The translations under genes and the position numbers were made by a program. Below, one piece after another: positions 11,744-23,177 of a stretch of 64,000 nucleotides of DNA. Origin of the DNA: Ruditapes philippinarum (Eukaryota). The notes under the pieces were generated by a model. The model saw only the letters and a program-made list of their open reading frames with translations. It ran no database searches and was not told the origin of the DNA. Each line of letters begins with the position of its first letter. The first letter of the stretch is position 1. The DNA is taken from positions 248,001 to 312,000 of the forward strand of contig NW_026863297.1 in NCBI RefSeq assembly GCF_026571515.1. The letters run 5' to 3'.

Positions 11744-14700
11744 TTGTTTGTTTGTTTGTGTGTGTGTGTGTTATATGGATTATATAGTGAACTTAAAAAA
11801 TCTTCTTGTGAAAAACCACTAGTCCAATTTCAATCAAACTTGGCAGGATTGATCCTTGGGTGAAGGGCTTCCAAAGTTGTTCAAAGAATTTAATTCCATG
11901 CAGAAATCTGGTTGCCATGGCAACAAAAAGGAATTATAAGAATAAATTTTAAAAATCTTCTTGTAAAGACCCAAAAGGCCTAGAGCTTAGATATTTTGCA
12001 TAAGGCATTGTCTGGTAGACCTCTACCAAGATTGTTCAAATTATAGCCCTGGGGTCAAAATCGGCCCCGCCCCGGGGGTCATTGATTTTCACTATATGTA
12101 CATATAGTAAAAACTTAAAATACCTTTTTATAAAGACCCATAGGCCTAGAGCTTAGATATTTTGCATAAGGCATTGTCTGGTAGACCTCTACCAAGATTG
12201 TTTAAATTATAGCCCTGGGGTCAAAATCGGCCCCGCCCCGGGAGTCATTGATTTTCACTTTATGTACATATAGTTTAGACTTAAAATACCTTCTTGTAAA
12301 GACCCAAAAGGCCTAGAGCTTAGATATTTTGCATAAGGCATTGTCTGGTAGACCTCTACCCAGATTGTTCAAATTATAGCCCTGGGGTCAAAATCGGCCA
12401 CGCCCAGGGGTAATTTATTTTCCTCATATTTACATAGTAAAAAACTTATAATAAAAACTTAAAATAAATTCTCCTAGCAAATGCTAGAGGTTAGATATTT
12501 TGCATGAAACATTGTGAAGGGAACCTCTAGCAAGATTGTCCAAATAATAGCCCTGGAGTCAAAATTGCCCCCTCCCCGGGGTCATCGATTTTCAATATAT
12601 ACATATAGTAAAAAATCAAAAAAATCTTATTGTCTGAAGGTACTAGGCTTAGAGCTTTAACAAATATGTTTGTTTGTTTGTGTGTGTGTGTGTTATATAG
12701 ATTATATAGTGAACTTAAAAAATCTTCTTGTGAAAAACCACTAGTCCAATTTCAATCAAACTTGGCAGGATTGATCCTTGGGTGAAGGGCTTCCAAAGTT
12801 GTTCAAAGAATTTAATTCCATGCAGAAATCTGGTTGCCATGGCAACAAAAAGGAATTATAAGAATAAATTTTAAAAATCTTCTTGTAAAGACCCAAAAGG
12901 CCTAGAGCTTAGATATTTTGCATAAGGCATTGTCTGGTAGACCTCTACCAAGATTGTTCAAATTGTAGCCCTGGGGTCAAAATCGGCCCCGCCCCGGGGG
13001 TCATTGATTTTCACTATATGTACATATAGTAAAAACTTAAAATATCTTTTTATAAAGACCCATAGGCCTAGAGCTTAGATATTTTGCATAAGGCATTGTC
13101 TGGTAGACCTCTACCAATATTGTTCAAATTATAGCCCTGGGGTCAAAATCAGCCCTGCCCCGGGGGTCATGGATTTTCACTATATGTACATACAGTAAAA
13201 TTTTAAAATACCTTCTTGTAAAGACCCAAAAGGCCTAGAGCTTAGATATTTTGCATAAGGCATTGTCTGATAGACCTCTACCCAGATTGTTCAAATTATA
13301 GCCCTGGGGTCAAAATCGGCCCGGCCCCGGGGGTCATTGATTTTCCTCATATTTACATAGTAAAAACTTATAGTAAAAACTTTAAAAAAAATTCTTCTAG
13401 CAATTGACAAATGCTAGAGGTTAGATACTTTGCATGAAACATTGTGAAGTGAAACTCTAGCAAGAATGTTCAAATAATAGCCCTGGGGTCAAAATTGCCC
13501 CCGCCCCGGGGTCATTGATTTTCAATATATACATATAGTAAAAAATCAAAAAAATCTTATTGTCTGAAGGTACTAGGCTTAGAGCTTTAATATTTGTTAA
13601 ATGATATCATCTTTAGGTACTCTACCAAAGTTGTTCAAATTTTGCCTCTAGTGTCAAAATTTAAAGTGAACTTTGATATCAGCTGACCTTGATTTTGACA
13701 AAGTGTATTACATGTTGTCCTTTGATGCAGTCATGAAATTTTAGGCTGTGTGAAATATGACCTTCACCACCAAATTCACTAGACTCAAGTGCATTGATAT
13801 ATTCCTACTCTGATCTTTTATTGAGTTAACAATAGATTTAACCACTAATCTGATAATAAGAATTAGATATGCATTATGACAATCTTCAATTGTATAGAAA
13901 CAAAAAAAAATCTGTTCCTACACTACTATTTAGTGTTGTATTAATGCAGTGGCATAGCATTTTTTTCAAATGCAATCTTGTTTATAGTAACAATGTACAT
14001 CTGTTTTCAATGTTGCATAACTCTGCCTGCAATATTTGCAGAATTATTTGCTCTTTTGAAACTTAGAAATTTTGGTTAAAGGTTAAAGGTCTTCAAAGAT
14101 ATTTACTTGAAACTTTACACATGTACTAAGGGTCATAATTTGAGGGTCATAATTGTATGTCACTGACTAAGTTCCATAACTCTATCTTGCATTAAGGCTG
14201 ATTCATATCTCCTTTTCTACTTTAGTCTCTTGGTTAATGTTTACATGCAAGTTTTACATATCTCAATAACTATTAAAGATATTTATTTAAAACTTCACAT
14301 ATGAATTTAGGGTCATAATTGTAGGTCACTGACAAAGATCCATAATTCTATCTTGCATTTAGGCTGATTTTTCTCCCCTTTTTCAACTTAGAAATTCATG
14401 GTAAAGTTTTGCTTGTAAGCTGTTATCTCCGTAACTACTGAAGGGTTTGTGCCTTTTTTGGGACAATTTTATGCATTCATAATAATAAAGCAGTTATTTA
14501 CTTGATAAAACATCTTAATAACAAGCCTTTGTACCTTTTCTGTCAAATTTAAGTATTCATAGGTAATTAGTATTATTATACTCAAAAAACACACTTGTGA
14601 CATTGTAACCTTCCGAATAGTCAAGCCAATACTGTATAATTAGACTCTCACTAAGGCCTATAACATGAATTTATGGAGAAAAAAAATAGCCCTTTTGTGA

Positions 14701-17186
14701 ACTTAAAAAATTTAACATTATCAAGGCTCTTTTACTATCAAGCACTTAGAATAGTCGAGCATGCTGTCCTACCGACAGCTCTTGTTATACATTGAATTCT
14801 GTAGTGAAAAACACAAGCTGGTTTTGTTTATAGGTTTTGATATATTACCAACTGAAACATACTAAAACTATATCTTAAGAGTGATATACTGATTATATCC
14901 CCTGTATATAGAGTGGAGGTGGTGGTACTTTGACCTTCACTTCTGTGATCATACTAAAACTGATGTCAGGGCAGTACATTGCTATGGTTTTTTTGTGCAG
15001 CTTAACATTTCTAAAACCATAAATGATTTGAAGTTTTATTAAGATTATCTGGCTTGTCGATATCTAGATTGGTGTAGAAATATAGGTCATATGGGTAAAA
15101 AAAGAATGTCATGTGGTCGACTTACAGGAAACATTTAACACATTAGAGTGCACAGCTTTAGACCAGTGTTTAAAAATCTCTTTATTTTGATTATATGATA
15201 TTCAGAACTTGGCAAATGTGGGGTTTTCCCATCCAATCCTGGGAATCAAACAAACTTGGATCAATATAGCTTTGTAGTGCACTACCTTGCACAATAGAGT
15301 AATCAGCTGTAAATTTGTTTTGACCCTGGGATTAGATAGGAAAACCCCATATTTGAATTCTGGAGTATCTAAATACTGGTTGTCTTCCATTAAATCTATG
15401 TATATTTAAATCTATGTAGATAAAAGGTAAATCGTGATCATCTGTTTATCATTGATATATTGGTAATACTTAAACTCTACTGAGCTTAGGTATGTGATGA
15501 AATGGCCATCATGACTTGTTTTTATTATCCAGCACAAAAGATTTTAAAATACTACTACCTAATATGTGTATTTCAGACTGTATGGAAAAGATATTATCCT
15601 GGCATTTAGCAACATTGGTAAGGCACCTCCAAACTTCAATGATGCCTCATTCCTGGCTGAACAGATATCCAACTCTGGATATAAGTTTGATTCAGCATCA
15701 CTCTTCTTCAACAAATTTAGGTAAGAACTTGTTTTCTGTATTTTATCCTCAGGGGTCAATACTAGCCCCGCCTTTGGGGAAATTCCTTTTCAAACAGTAA
15801 AACATAACAATAGAAAAACGTATCGCGAGATATCGATACCTAAACATTGTATCAGGAGACCATATCATGAAGGAAATTATAACGATTTTAATCGATAATA
15901 TCAGACCATCTCTTAGACATTGTCAACAATAAAGCAAGAGCAGTTCAGTACATAAACATAACACCTTATGATATCCTTTGACAGTTGATTTTCTTTTTTG
16001 CTGCACAGGAACGTGGTGTCGTACAATACATCCAATATGACCCTTTACACGGAAGAAGTCGTAGCCGCATCTCCCAAATTGTCTGAATACGATAGCGTGG
16101 ATGAAGAAGTATTGAAGTGTTACAATGAGTACATGCTGGCAAGTCGCATCTATTACGCCCTCAAAGAGGCTGCATGTAGTGAACAGAGCTCTAGAATGAC
16201 TGCCATGGACTCTGCTAGTAAGAATGCAGGTAAGTTTTAATTTTTTACTTTCTTGCCAGCTCACATATACATGTTTAGTGAGTAAGTGACTTCCTTATCA
16301 AAATAAGTTGTTTCCCCCCTTTATCTGATGAATTTCTTAAGTTTACACAGAATTTATTTTAGTTTGATCATAAAGGCAGCTATCAGCTACTCCAATCATT
16401 TCCTGGAATCAACCAGTGCTAAGCAGTGAGTGTAAAGATTCTTGTCCAAGTTGTCCAGGTCACACTTTTTTTGTCCATTATCAATTATGTGGGTACGAAG
16501 AACAAGCTGAAAAGATAGTCAGCAAACAGTGCCAAAGTGCACAGAGGTGGATTGCCTGGTTCTATACAGGTGGCTAAGGCTAATCAGTGGAACCATTGAA
16601 GAGCATTCATGCTGGGTTTTTAAAAACTTGATCATCTTGTTTATTGAAAACATTATTACATGTATTCAGTTTATGAAAAACTTAGTTGCTGAATACCTTC
16701 TTGTGCCATTAGTGATTATGAATTGAAAATGAGACATATAATAAGTTATTCTACACAATGTTGTGAATAAATCCAGGGGCAGCAAAATCAATTGTTCATA
16801 TTGCCCAGCTTGTCTCACAGCCAGTATTGACAAGTAAAATTTTACCAGAATTTACTTTATAAATAAAATATAGACATGTAAAAAAATAATTAAGATAAAA
16901 CGAAAAAGTAAGACAAAATCAGATTTTGCTTGGCTCTGAATTATTATCCATTTATGTTTCTACTCTTTGAGTGACTAAGTTATAAAATGATGTAATAATA
17001 CTGATACTTCATCAAGAACTGCTAATAGGTTGTGGCAGATTTTTCGAATATTTTTAAATTGGATTTTACATTTGATGCTTTTCAGAGGAAATGATTGCCA
17101 AGTTAACCTTGACCTTCAACAGAACCAGACAGGCTGTCATTACTAGAGAATTGATCGAAATCATCTCAGGAGCTAACGCTTTGTAA
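6374..17186 (+). CDS. ATP5F1C: Mitochondrial ATP synthase F1 subunit gamma, whole gene: join(6374-6411,7581-7615,8114-8245,10660-10867,15577-15720,16009-16229,17086-17186), 879 nt, 292 aa
   Basis: All six introns are GT-AG with compatible phases. The product has a presequence then [54 protein letters not shown] and [20 protein letters not shown], all hallmark gamma-subunit motifs. Confidence 0.97.
7581..7615 (+). CDS. ATP5F1C: ATP synthase gamma exon 2 ([11 protein letters not shown])
   Basis: ttttcag acceptor, A|GTAAG donor, QVRxMATLK motif. Confidence 0.95.
8114..8245 (+). CDS. ATP5F1C: ATP synthase gamma exon 3
   Basis: [43 protein letters not shown]; AG/GT bounded. Confidence 0.97.
8709..10271 (+). 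mobile_element. Non-autonomous Helentron/HINE-like element carrying about 9 x 145-bp tandem units (ATP5F1C intron 3)
   Basis: Subterminal IR ATACCCCCGCA / TGCGGGGGTAT, 5' hairpin, (GTCC)n tract, 145-bp core array, 3' short palindrome GCCA-N6-TGGC and CTAGTT end, no TSD. Confidence 0.85.
10660..10867 (+). CDS. ATP5F1C: ATP synthase gamma exon 4
   Basis: [32 protein letters not shown]; ttcag acceptor, AG|GTTTGT donor. Confidence 0.96.
10876..14786 (+). mobile_element. Helentron/HINE-like element with 163-bp tandem units, interrupted by a nested element (ATP5F1C intron 4)
   Basis: Sub-TIR GCTCGACTATTC / GAATAGTCGAGC, GGCGT(C/T) microsatellite, 163-bp units 10943-11670 resuming at 13981, 3' hairpin GCTGTC-N5-GACAGC then CTTGTT. 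Confidence 0.85.
11669..13982 (+). mobile_element. Nested Helentron/HINE-like element with about 167-bp units and an internal duplication of about 925 bp
   Basis: Sub-TIR TATGCCACCGCA / TGCAGTGGCATA, 5' hairpin, (GT)n/(GTTT)n tract, 3' hairpin GCATTT..AAATGC then CTTGTT; about 11745-12660 repeated at about 12668-13590. Confidence 0.85.
15577..15720 (+). CDS. ATP5F1C: ATP synthase gamma exon 5
   Basis: [48 protein letters not shown]; AG|GTAAG donor. Confidence 0.96.
16009..16229 (+). CDS. ATP5F1C: ATP synthase gamma exon 6
   Basis: [52 protein letters not shown]; G|GTAAG donor. Confidence 0.97.
17086..17186 (+). CDS. ATP5F1C: ATP synthase gamma exon 7 (last coding exon)
   Basis: [32 protein letters not shown] then TAA at 17184-17186. 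Confidence 0.96.
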
Positions 17187-17333
17187 TCAGGGGCGTTCAT
17201 AGACATTAAAATTTTATATGTAGTCATCAGAAAACATGTAACATACACATGATCTATGTGATAGGTAACAAGTTGATGTTAATCTAATTTATATAAATCT
17301 TAAATGCGTCTGTTAAAAGATTTTTGTAGAAAA

Positions 17334-17339
17334 AATAAA
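17334..17339 (+). terminator. Candidate polyadenylation signal of ATP5F1C
   Basis: AATAAA about 150 nt after the stop codon; AT-rich context makes chance matches common. Confidence 0.4.
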
Positions 17340-17855
17340 CAGAAAGAATGATTGAGAGAATATTGTGAACTTTGAGCGTGTGACAAGTATTATGTAAGAC
17401 GCTGGACAAAAAAATTGCAAATTGTTTGGAATATTTATATATGAGTGCTTTAGTACTCTGAAAATGTGCTGTAGTTACTTATATGAATTAACAGTGCTGT
17501 GAAACTTGGTGTGATAATACTGATTATTGGTATAGACTTGGACAAATATTGGTAATGTTTTATTAAAATATTTTGAGGACAGAATTTTTTGTTGGGTTTT
17601 GTTTTTCCTGTCCTAACTCTTAACAGATCAAACGTCATGCCTGTACAGCATATGTCAAAGATTTTGAGTTTAGGCTAATGCGCAAGGTAGACATAACTTT
17701 AATTAAAGAAAAACCATATTTAAGTTGTATCTAATGACATTAAAATTTTAACCAGAAAAGAAATAGAAAAAATTCCCACATATGCTAAAATTCCCTCAGC
17801 TGCACATTGTAACCTTTTTTTCTGCCAAATTGGGTTGAAGGCCTTGTGACATTAT

Positions 17856-18897
17856 TATGCCCCCCTTCAAAGAATCGGGGGTATATTGTTTTGCTGATGT
17901 TGGTCCGTCAGTCTGTCTGTCTGTAGGTAGACCACATGGTTTCTGCTGATTATCTTATAAACTATTTATCTCAAAGTCTTCAGATTGCACATAGTGGTTG
18001 GTCATATAGAGTACATGACCCCTATTGATTTTGGGGTCACTAGGTTAAAGGTCAAGGTCACTGGGGCCTTAAATGTCATAATGGTTTCCGCTGATTATCT
18101 TGAAAAACTATGCATCAGAAAGTCTTCATATTTCACATAGTGATTGGTCATAACTAATGGATGACCTCTATTGATTTTTAGGTCACAGGCGCCTTATATG
18201 TCAGAATGGTCGTCGCTGATTATCTTGAAAAGTATTCATCACAAAGTTTTCATATTTCACATAGTGATTTGTCATAACTTGTAAATAACCCTTGTTGATT
18301 TTGGGGTCACCAGGTCAAAGCTCACAGGATCCTATGATTTCAGCTCATGAAAGCTAATTATCACAAAGTCTTTATATTTCACATAGTGATTGGTCATAAC
18401 TAGTAGTTGACCCGTATTGCTTTTGGGGTCACTAGTTCAAAGGTCACAGGGGCCTTAAATGTCAGAATCATTTCCTCTTATTTTCTTGAAAACTATGCAT
18501 CACAAAATCTTTATAATTCACATACTTATTGGTCATAACCAGTAAGTGACCCCTGTTGATTTTTGGGTCACAGGGTCCTTGAATGTTAGTATGGTTTCCG
18601 CTCATTATCTTGAAAGCTATTTATCATAAAGTCTTCATATTTCTCATATTGATTGGTCATAACTATTAGATGACCCCTAGCTCAGAGGTCAAGGTCACAG
18701 GGGCCTTAAATGTCAGAATGGTTTCCGCTCATTATCTTGAAAACTTTTTATAACAAAGTCTTCATATTTTTCTTTTTTCCATATCTAAACACTTCCATGT
18801 ACCCATTTATGGCAAGTTTGTACAACAAAATAACCAATAATGTGAGTCAAAGCAAGGGCTAGAAAGGGGGCATATGTGTCGTTTGACATTTCTTGTT
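17856..18897 (+). mobile_element. Older Helentron/HINE-like element related to 8709-10271
   Basis: ATGCCCCCCTTC / GAAGGGGGCAT sub-TIR, (GTCT)n, degenerate GACCCCTATTGATTTTGGGGTCA units, TGTC-N4-GACA hairpin and CTTGTT end. Confidence 0.8.
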
Positions 18898-19215
18898 TTA
18901 TGATTTTTTCTCACGTTTGGCAGAGATTTAGCAATCTGTGAATGTTTCTTCACTTTAAGCTTGACTATTAAAAGAATAGGAAGAGCTATTGTATTCATTC
19001 ACCCAGGGGTCAGCCTCATACTTTGGTATGCAAGTTAGTTTCTAAAAAAGTGCATAATGGAAATGGCCAAACAGGTCCCATAACTACGAGTACCTTTATA
19101 CAGAGTGATGCCTCTTGTCCTACTGCGATTGTATAGTATTATTGTATTATATTAGCTATTTAACTGCTACACTTGACAGTCCTTAAATTAAATCAACAAA
19201 ACAAAATCAACATAA

Positions 19216-19475
19216 GGGGCGTCCGTGGCCTATTGGTTAAGGTCGTTGACTTTGAACCACTTGCCCCTCACCCCTTAGGGTTCGATTCCCAACAGGGACT
19301 TTGGATTCTTTCATGTGAGGAAGCTATCCAGCTAGCTTACAGAATGTTGCTTGTTCTACTCAGGTGCACCGTTCGTGCCTAAAATAATGCACAGAAGGAG
19401 TTCTTCCTCCACCAGTAAAGCTGGAATGTTGCCATATGACCTATACTGTGTTGGTGCGACATAAAACCCAATCAA
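19216..19475 (+). mobile_element. Full-length tRNA-derived SINE
   Basis: GGGGC start, A box TGGCCTATTGG, B box GGTTCGATTCC, body GTGAGGAAGCTATCCAGCTAGCTTAC shared with several other copies, (CAAA)-rich tail; near-duplicated AAATCAACAAA(A)CAAAATCAA(C/T)ATAA on both sides. Confidence 0.88.
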
Positions 19476-19732
19476 ACAAAATCAACAAACAAAATCAATA
19501 TAAACAATTTCTGATTTTATTAGTACATAATTATATAATACATCAACAATTTTAATGTAAATAAAAGATATGAATCGGTGTTACTTTATTTACTCTTTTT
19601 CAGATGTGCATAACTTATATAACATACAGAAACATCTTGATGAACGCTTAACAATAAGGCTTAACTCTAACTCTGCTGAATATGTAAAAAGGACTTGTTT
19701 TGCATTTTTATTTGGAAACAGTCAATTGTTAA

Positions 19733-20047
19733 AGGGACTCCACTGAGATTTTTCAACATGACGGGTTGGATAAAATGTTCAAAATTTTTGTAACATCTGA
19801 TGTAGGTCTATAGCAGTAACTAGTGTGCAAAATTTCAAATCATGGGCGCACTCCCTGTTTCCAGAATAATTAGTCTAATTGTGAAAAATTAACCAAAATC
19901 AAAAAGCATTGCAACACTTTCCACTCAAATCTGGCTAATTTATTTCTGAGTATATTTTTTAATTATCTTTTGCATATCTTTAATGTTTAAATGTTCCAGT
20001 TGATATATGTAAGACATTGAATACTTTTTGACCTCAGTGGAGTTCCT
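19733..20047. mobile_element. TTAA-specific MITE (Kolobok-like), copy 1
   Basis: TTAA|AGGGACTCCACTGAG ... CTCAGTGGAGTTCCT|TTAA. Confidence 0.8.
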
Positions 20048-20161
20048 TTAATCGGAGGGACATACTGTATCTGTAATAATGTATCTGTACGCATACTGCT
20101 GGAGATGTGGGGGAGAGCAGGATGAAAAATGATCTATAAATGTGTCTATATCTCTGTTTAA

Positions 20162-20782
20162 CCTTTTCCCTTATATAAGCGTGTTTCGACGGCTTTTTGC
20201 CCCCCCCCCCTTTTGAGGCCCCAAACAGTGAAAAAATGTCCTATTTAGACCCCAAACACTGTTTTTCGTTTGAGAAATGTTGTTAAAAAAAGTGACCATT
20301 TTTTCGGCGCCGTCCCCCATCCAAATAATACATCAAGGGGTTGCCAGAAGGGGGATGTGCCCCCTTCTGTTTGGGGGGTTTGAAGGGGGGCGGAGTCCCC
20401 CTCATCGCCAAGAAAATTTTGGACTTGTGAGAGGCTTAATATGACCCCAGGTTGATCATAAGGTAACGTGTAACCAACGCTGAAAAGCCTTTGACTCTAT
20501 CTCAATCCCTTGAGAAGTTGCAGCACTTTGAAATAAATTTTGATGGAAAAAATCGAGGCAAAAAAGTGATTTTTGGCAATTTTGAGATGTCCCCTCGTTG
20601 CCATGGTAACAGGAAATTTAAGACTGAGCATGTCGTTACAAAGGCAATGGTCCAGTCAACATTTGTGCCAAGTTTGATTAGTATTGAAGCATTTTTCATA
20701 GTTTCATAGCAGTTTGAACATGTAAGAGGAGGCTTTTCAGTGAAAATGGCCATTTTTCACAATATGCTCATGGGGGAAAGGG
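20162..20782. mobile_element. TTAA-specific non-autonomous DNA transposon (piggyBac-like ends)
   Basis: TTAA|CCTTTTCCC ... GGGGAAAGGG|TTAA; GC-richer than its flanks. Confidence 0.65.
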
Positions 20783-20789
20783 TTAAATA

Positions 20790-21025
20790 ACCCTTAACCT
20801 GCTGAATCTATTAAATGGACTTGTCCAACTTCTATGTTTTAGGACCTGTCCATTATCAATTCTAGGGATATCAGGATGAAAATTTTAAGATTTATTTTTG
20901 AGTAAGCCAATCGTACATAACCTGGTCAGATTGCAGTCACTGCACCGCATTTCAACCGGATTTCAGGCTTGCCTGGCTTGGTGGCAATGGCTAATCGTTT
21001 TTGGTTCAAGCAGTATAAGGGTTAA
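20790..21025 (+). mobile_element. Abundant MITE family (CCCTTAACCTGC...AATGGACTTGTCC...AAGGGTTAA)
   Basis: Related degraded copies at about 1740-1900, 27157-27360, 30379-31262, 57990-58220 and 62074-62260. Confidence 0.65.
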
Positions 21026-21460
21026 AATCAATTTATCCGCAAGTTATCAAAATAACCATAACAAAACAAAAAAAAACAACAATCTAAATGGATGTGGTTT
21101 TAGTACAAGTACACAATAAAACAAACTAATTACAAACTAAAAGTTGGTCAACAACATGTAATAAAGAAATATAGCTTAAAAACTTAATAAAAAAAAATAG
21201 TCCAAAGTTTACTGGAAGCAAAAACATTACAACATATTTTCAATGGACATCTATAAATATACAATGTACATGTACACCATTATATGAAGATCACAGAATA
21301 TCTTGTTAAAAAATATATGTATAACAAAAACAAATTAACAGAAAAAGTACAATATTGCTGACTACCCCTAGCAAACTTAAAATACATGTATTTTACTTAA
21401 TTCACACAAAAAGCGGCAAAAAATTCAGCAATATTAGCACTTAACACTCTTCTTTATTAA

Positions 21461-21759
21461 AGGAACTCCACTGAGGTCCAAAAACATAAAATTTGAGTTT
21501 CTTACATACATTATCCAAGACACTTGAAACAATAACATAATGTAAAAGATAAATTCAGAAATATACTAAAAATAAATAGAAAATCGTATTTTTGTACTAA
21601 TCCGTTGAATTTGAGTGAAAAGCATTGTTCTGGAAGAACGGCGAAAGATAATTATCAGAAATTTCACTCACAAGTTATTGGTCGAGCGACCTACACCATA
21701 TGGAACATTCATCTCGAAAGTATATACCAATCATGTCAAAAAACCTCAGTGGAGTCCCT
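21461..21759. mobile_element. TTAA-specific MITE (Kolobok-like), copy 2, inverted relative to copy 1
   Basis: TTAA|AGGAACTCCACTGAGG ... CCTCAGTGGAGTCCCT|TTAA. Confidence 0.8.
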
Positions 21760-22361
21760 TTAATATAAACCATTGATACATATGTTATATTTCTTTACTG
21801 CTGTGCTTTAACTGTTTGTAATAATCATGATCTGTGTTCTTTGAGACATCACTTTCAATTAAATGCATTAAAATGGATGCAAATAACAGCTTACTGGCCA
21901 GAATTTGTTTATACCCAAATACTTAGATCTGATTTACTAGAAGATAGGCAAAATAACCTTTAAGAAATACCTTTTAAAGTTATCCATTTGCCTTTCAGAA
22001 ATACTTTCAAGAATTAGTCAAACTTGCTCTAATTATTTTTGATGGTCACTTAAAAGTGGACTGGTCTACAATAGGCACATTTTCCATAAGTATTTTAAAT
22101 ATGGATTTAAAATAAAAGAACTGTATCATTTGGATATTCTTATAACATATTTCTGTGAAAAAATGTTAATAAAGTTCTAAGTGGACATTTATGAACATTT
22201 ATAAAATGAATATAAATATTTACTTCTATAACACTTTATCATCTGCTATATAAATACATATATAATATATATACAATATTTGATTGTGTATATCATGCTT
22301 GCCAACAACATCCATGTATATAATTCTTTTGAGATTGTTGTATATGTCTTATACTAAAAAT

Positions 22362-23177
22362 AAGGGGTGTCACGGTTAGAAAAAATGCTAACTGTTTAAA
22401 CGACAACCTAATAACCATGTTAAACGTATTACTGACCACACTAATAAAACCCTTAGATTTTCAACATTAACTTAGTTTCTTTATTATATACTTTTAAATG
22501 AAATATTGAGAAATATTGATGAAATAAAATGCGTATTTTCATTTTCCGTATTTTCACTGTAAAAATTTATTTTTCACTGCAGTGAAACATATTTTCCGTA
22601 TTTTCACTGGTGTCTTGCCGGACTACTTTCTTTTAAATTCTGCCAGTACTCAAAATTTAAGTGAAAGTCTTTTAAACTTTAATGTCCAGGAAGAGAAAAA
22701 TGTATATAATAAACAGAAAATTCAAGTTTTTTCTATACATACATGATTTATTTTCATCTTGTGGCATGAAAATTACCATATTTCACTCGTGGCTACCGCC
22801 ACTCATGAAATATTTATTTTCATACCACTCGATGAAAATAAATCATGTATTTATAGAAAAAACTTGAATATCCTCTATTTATGACATTTAGTTTGTATTT
22901 TGTTGTACTCAAAATGATTATTATACATATCCAAATATGGAGTAACTATTTTTGATTAGGGTCGTACCATACTTTAAAAAATACATTGTTGAGTACAACT
23001 AATATACAAACAACTTGTTATATTTTGTGATGAAAAAACTAAGGAAATATTTAGAATCAATTTCTTTTTCGCCTCTTTGTCAAATACTAATAACAGTTTC
23101 CGGCTATTGAACTTTTTAACCGGTTTATAGCTAAAAACCAGCCATACCCTTTTAACGGATAAATGTGAAACCCCCTT
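22362..23177. mobile_element. hAT-like non-autonomous element with 8-bp TSD, containing an internal fold-back segment (about 22721-22868)
   Basis: AAGGGGTGTCAC ... GTGAAACCCCCTT ends flanked by CTAAAAAT at 22354-22361 and 23178-23185. Confidence 0.7.

Noticed and set aside
19216-19295. tRNA gene
   Set aside because: A and B boxes are the head of a multi-copy SINE; no intact cloverleaf and the sequence runs into the SINE body. The same applies to the tRNA-like head at about 7915.
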